From positions 1 through 64,000 of IMG/VR virus record IMGVR_UViG_3300005100_000002: a stretch of DNA of 64,000 nucleotides. One strand, 5' to 3'. The stretch comes from a virus. Numbering within the stretch: the stretch's first letter is position 1; each line of letters opens with the position of its first letter. The notes under the pieces are model-generated. The model worked only from the letters and a program-made list of their open reading frames with translations. It was not told the origin of the DNA and made no database searches. This document shows positions 61,681 through 64,000 of this stretch, piece after piece. The position numbers and the translations under genes were made by a program.

Positions 61681-63528
61681 TTAAAGCTCAGGCTCCTCGT
61701 ATCTCAATGGTGTACAAATTTCAAATCGTTCAACCGCCCCTGTTATATACGCAGACATCATAGGCAAATCAGTATCAATATCGCCCGTAATATCATGATA
61801 ACCATCCAAAGCAGCCGTTATCATCGGCAAGGTTGCAGCGAGCGCCGCCGAATCCCCAACCACACCAACCACCAAAGCAGTCATTGCCGGCAAGGTCGCA
61901 TCTATTTCAGCAAGAACGTTAGTTGTGCCTGTGATCGAAGCTGTCATTGTAGGCAGCGTTGCTTCGATCTCGCCGACTATACCGACTTTCCCCTCAATGG
62001 CTGCTGACATTACCGGCAAGGTTGCTGCAATAATAGTACCCCCGCCGAGGATATCGGCTGACATTACCGGCAAGGCGGCATCAATGAGTCCGCCACCGCC
62101 GCCCAGGAAATCGGCTGTCATCATGGGCAGGGTGGCATCAATATCGCACGGAAAGGCTGTTGAGACGGTTGTTATTTCTGAGGAAGATTCTACGTTTGAA
62201 GCATCTATGTTTTTAATTTTATCTAAGGACGGTGATGTTACTTGCGTTAAGCATGAGACATCGGAAGCGTTTATGTCTTTAGTCACAAGGTCAAGCGCTG
62301 GAGCTGTTACTTGTGTTCCACATGAAACGTCATCAAGGGTGCCTGGGACAAATGAAAGAGAAGGCGATGTTACTTCTGTCGAGCATTCAACGTTATCAGA
62401 GGCTAAACCTGGGGTCGTTTCCGCAGCACTAAACGCAACCAGCCCATCCCAATTACTATAATAAGTTGCTTTTATCCAGGCTGCTGATCGTGCCGTATGT
62501 GCAATGCTGCATTCATCAATAACACTATTACCATAAAAATCATTTGAACCAGAGTCCCTTGCCACTCTAACAGGAAGATTGTTGGCTAAAATCGCAGAGT
62601 AGTCTCCACTAGTAGTATATGTCCCTACGGAAACTCCATCTAAATAAAGTAGCAACCTGGCTGTTCCGGTTAAATCTTTATCGTAGGTGGCGCACACATC
62701 GTGCCAGCCTTCAGCAACGTTTTCCAGATACTTGCCCAACACATTACTAGGCCCATTATAAATATTTACCTTGACAGCATTAGTCAATTGACCGGATCGA
62801 TCATCTGTCCATATATCATAACCTCCGCCAGATGAAGCAGCGTCACTTTTAGAAAGGAGCATCCCAAGAACATTATCGATTCTGGTGTGATCCATATTGA
62901 AAGTAGCGTGCAGGGTTAGGTAATCTATAATATCAAAATCGGCATGATCGGGCTCTTCGAGGTAATCACTACCTCCGTCAAAATCAATAGCTTTTCCGAT
63001 CTTACCATCAACCAGATCGGCAGAAGTCATAGAACCATTTGGTGACATATGGTGAGCGTTGGAGGTAGAATCTTTTATGGCATTTGCGGGATCTCCATTT
63101 GGATCTTGCGCCAAATGCCAAACGCCTTTAAAATTAGAATCCCATACCGATTGTGCAGCAGCATCAGTTGTGTCGCCTACATATGTAGTGTTGTCGGCAT
63201 GGGCAACATCATAATAGATAAACAGCTCTGTGGCCGACCCGGAAGCCACTGACGGGACTTTTACCCAAAGCCATGCTGCTGAGTTTGCATGATCCCATCG
63301 CTCGATCTCGACATAGCATTCTGTAGTCCCATCAGAGGTGGTTATGGCGATCTTTTTTCGGTTAGCATCAGCGGTCAGTTCAGTAAAAATATCCGTGAGG
63401 TCCGCATAACTGGTGCCTGAACTTGCTGAAATCTTTATAAGAATAGGAAAATTAGACAGAACCGCATCAACATTGGTATTGCTGATCGTAATTTTACGCC
63501 TGTTTTCCCAAGTTCCCAACCAACCCAT
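61681..63528 (-). CDS. DUF2341/LamG-type (concanavalin-like) virion protein with a C-terminal peptide-repeat array
   Basis: The N-terminus WENRRKITISNTNVDAVLSNFPILIKI... and the Trp-rich lectin-like middle are consistent with DUF2341 plus LamG. The last ~150 aa hold seven ATLPxM(T/S)A repeats. Confidence 0.6.
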   Translation of the reverse strand: MGWLGTWENRRKITISNTNVDAVLSNFPILIKISASSGTSYADLTDIFTELTADANRKKIAITTSDGTTECYVEIERWDHANSAAWLWVKVPSVASGSATELFIYYDVAHADNTTYVGDTTDAAAQSVWDSNFKGVWHLAQDPNGDPANAIKDSTSNAHHMSPNGSMTSADLVDGKIGKAIDFDGGSDYLEEPDHADFDIIDYLTLHATFNMDHTRIDNVLGMLLSKSDAASSGGGYDIWTDDRSGQLTNAVKVNIYNGPSNVLGKYLENVAEGWHDVCATYDKDLTGTARLLLYLDGVSVGTYTTSGDYSAILANNLPVRVARDSGSNDFYGNSVIDECSIAHTARSAAWIKATYYSNWDGLVAFSAAETTPGLASDNVECSTEVTSPSLSFVPGTLDDVSCGTQVTAPALDLVTKDINASDVSCLTQVTSPSLDKIKNIDASNVESSSEITTVSTAFPCDIDATLPMMTADFLGGGGGLIDAALPVMSADILGGGTIIAATLPVMSAAIEGKVGIVGEIEATLPTMTASITGTTNVLAEIDATLPAMTALVVGVVGDSAALAATLPMITAALDGYHDITGDIDTDLPMMSAYITGAVERFEICTPLRYEEPEL

Positions 63529-63537
63529 AATCCCCTC

Positions 63538-64000
63538 TTAACTCGCAGGCATCGTAAAGTTTGCACTATCAATACTGGTCGTAGCTCCTACCTTAACTGA
63601 GGTAGAACTTAAGATCATTGCCACGCCGGTCACGCCTACACGTCCCTGGCATCGTTTAGCGGTAGTGCTTGCGCCAGTAATAAGCCCATTGTCGTACATT
63701 CTCCACCATACCGCGGTGGCTTCGGCAAGCCCAACATCTGACCAGGTGTCAGCATTCTTGGAAAGTACGCCCGCGACAATCGCATCAAAGTTCAAGCCGT
63801 TTGTGGATGTTCCAGGGGTTAAAGCTCCGCTGTCTTTTGTGATTTCTAACAGGAGAGTACCGGAACCTTCATCGGCATCTGCATCATCTGGCTCTGCGCC
63901 CGCGTAGATGCGGATTACGCCGTTTCTGAATACGTCTTTGAAGGCTTTTGAGACTGCGGTAATAGTCACTGTCTCACCTGCGGCATCGTCAACCAAGGTT
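63538..64000 (-). CDS. virion-module protein (5' end beyond the window)
   Basis: The ORF is open to the window edge and has no credible start inside the window. Confidence 0.5.
   Translation of the reverse strand, partial: TLVDDAAGETVTITAVSKAFKDVFRNGVIRIYAGAEPDDADADEGSGTLLLEITKDSGALTPGTSTNGLNFDAIVAGVLSKNADTWSDVGLAEATAVWWRMYDNGLITGASTTAKRCQGRVGVTGVAMILSSTSVKVGATTSIDSANFTMPAS

Noticed and set aside
1-64000. Genome-wide stop-codon reassignment (suggested by the in-frame TGA at 17242)
   Set aside because: All large genes, including the 9.4-kb ORF, are uninterrupted in the standard code, and TGA is used as a normal terminator (for example in terS and sbcC).

Overview
The window is a 64-kb stretch of a tailed dsDNA phage genome. 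There are no rRNA, tRNA or host housekeeping genes. All homology calls come from motifs read by eye; no searches were run.

Layout:
- 1-13.4 kb, minus strand: head and packaging genes (capsid, scaffold, GroES-like co-chaperonin, portal, TerL, TerS). Two homing-endonuclease genes and a plus-strand two-gene moron interrupt this block.
- 13.7-16.2 kb, plus strand: an island with a methyltransferase-Mrr fusion and small Zn-ribbon or membrane ORFs.
- 16.2-16.9 kb: an ORF-free region holding a promoter-sRNA-terminator unit and a ~465-bp inverted-repeat-bounded element with GNRA-capped hairpins.
- 16.9-23.5 kb, minus strand: replication genes (VRR-NUC nuclease, gp4-like primase-helicase, HNH, Cro-like HTH).
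- 23.5-38 kb, plus strand: starts at a divergent promoter/operator switch. It carries HNH, an SSAP-like protein with an SSB-type DIPF tip, an NrdR-like Zn ribbon, SbcD, MazG, Rha, SbcC, a truncated TnpB, an SF2 helicase and a small methyltransferase.
- 38.2-64 kb, minus strand: lysis cassette (holin, M15 endolysin, a PAS-domain protein), receptor-binding proteins, a 3132-aa giant virion protein and further tail/virion genes.

Main things worth a second look:
1. Two solitary type I-C-like CRISPR repeats lie sense-oriented in late-operon spacers and bracket the receptor-binding cassette.
2. A GGDEF-type cyclase domain sits inside the giant virion protein.
3. The ORF-less structured element at 16.4-16.9 kb.
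4. A five-copy ~90-nt repeat family sits at the 3' ends of plus-strand cassettes.
5. A TnpB 3' remnant that retains its omega-RNA region.
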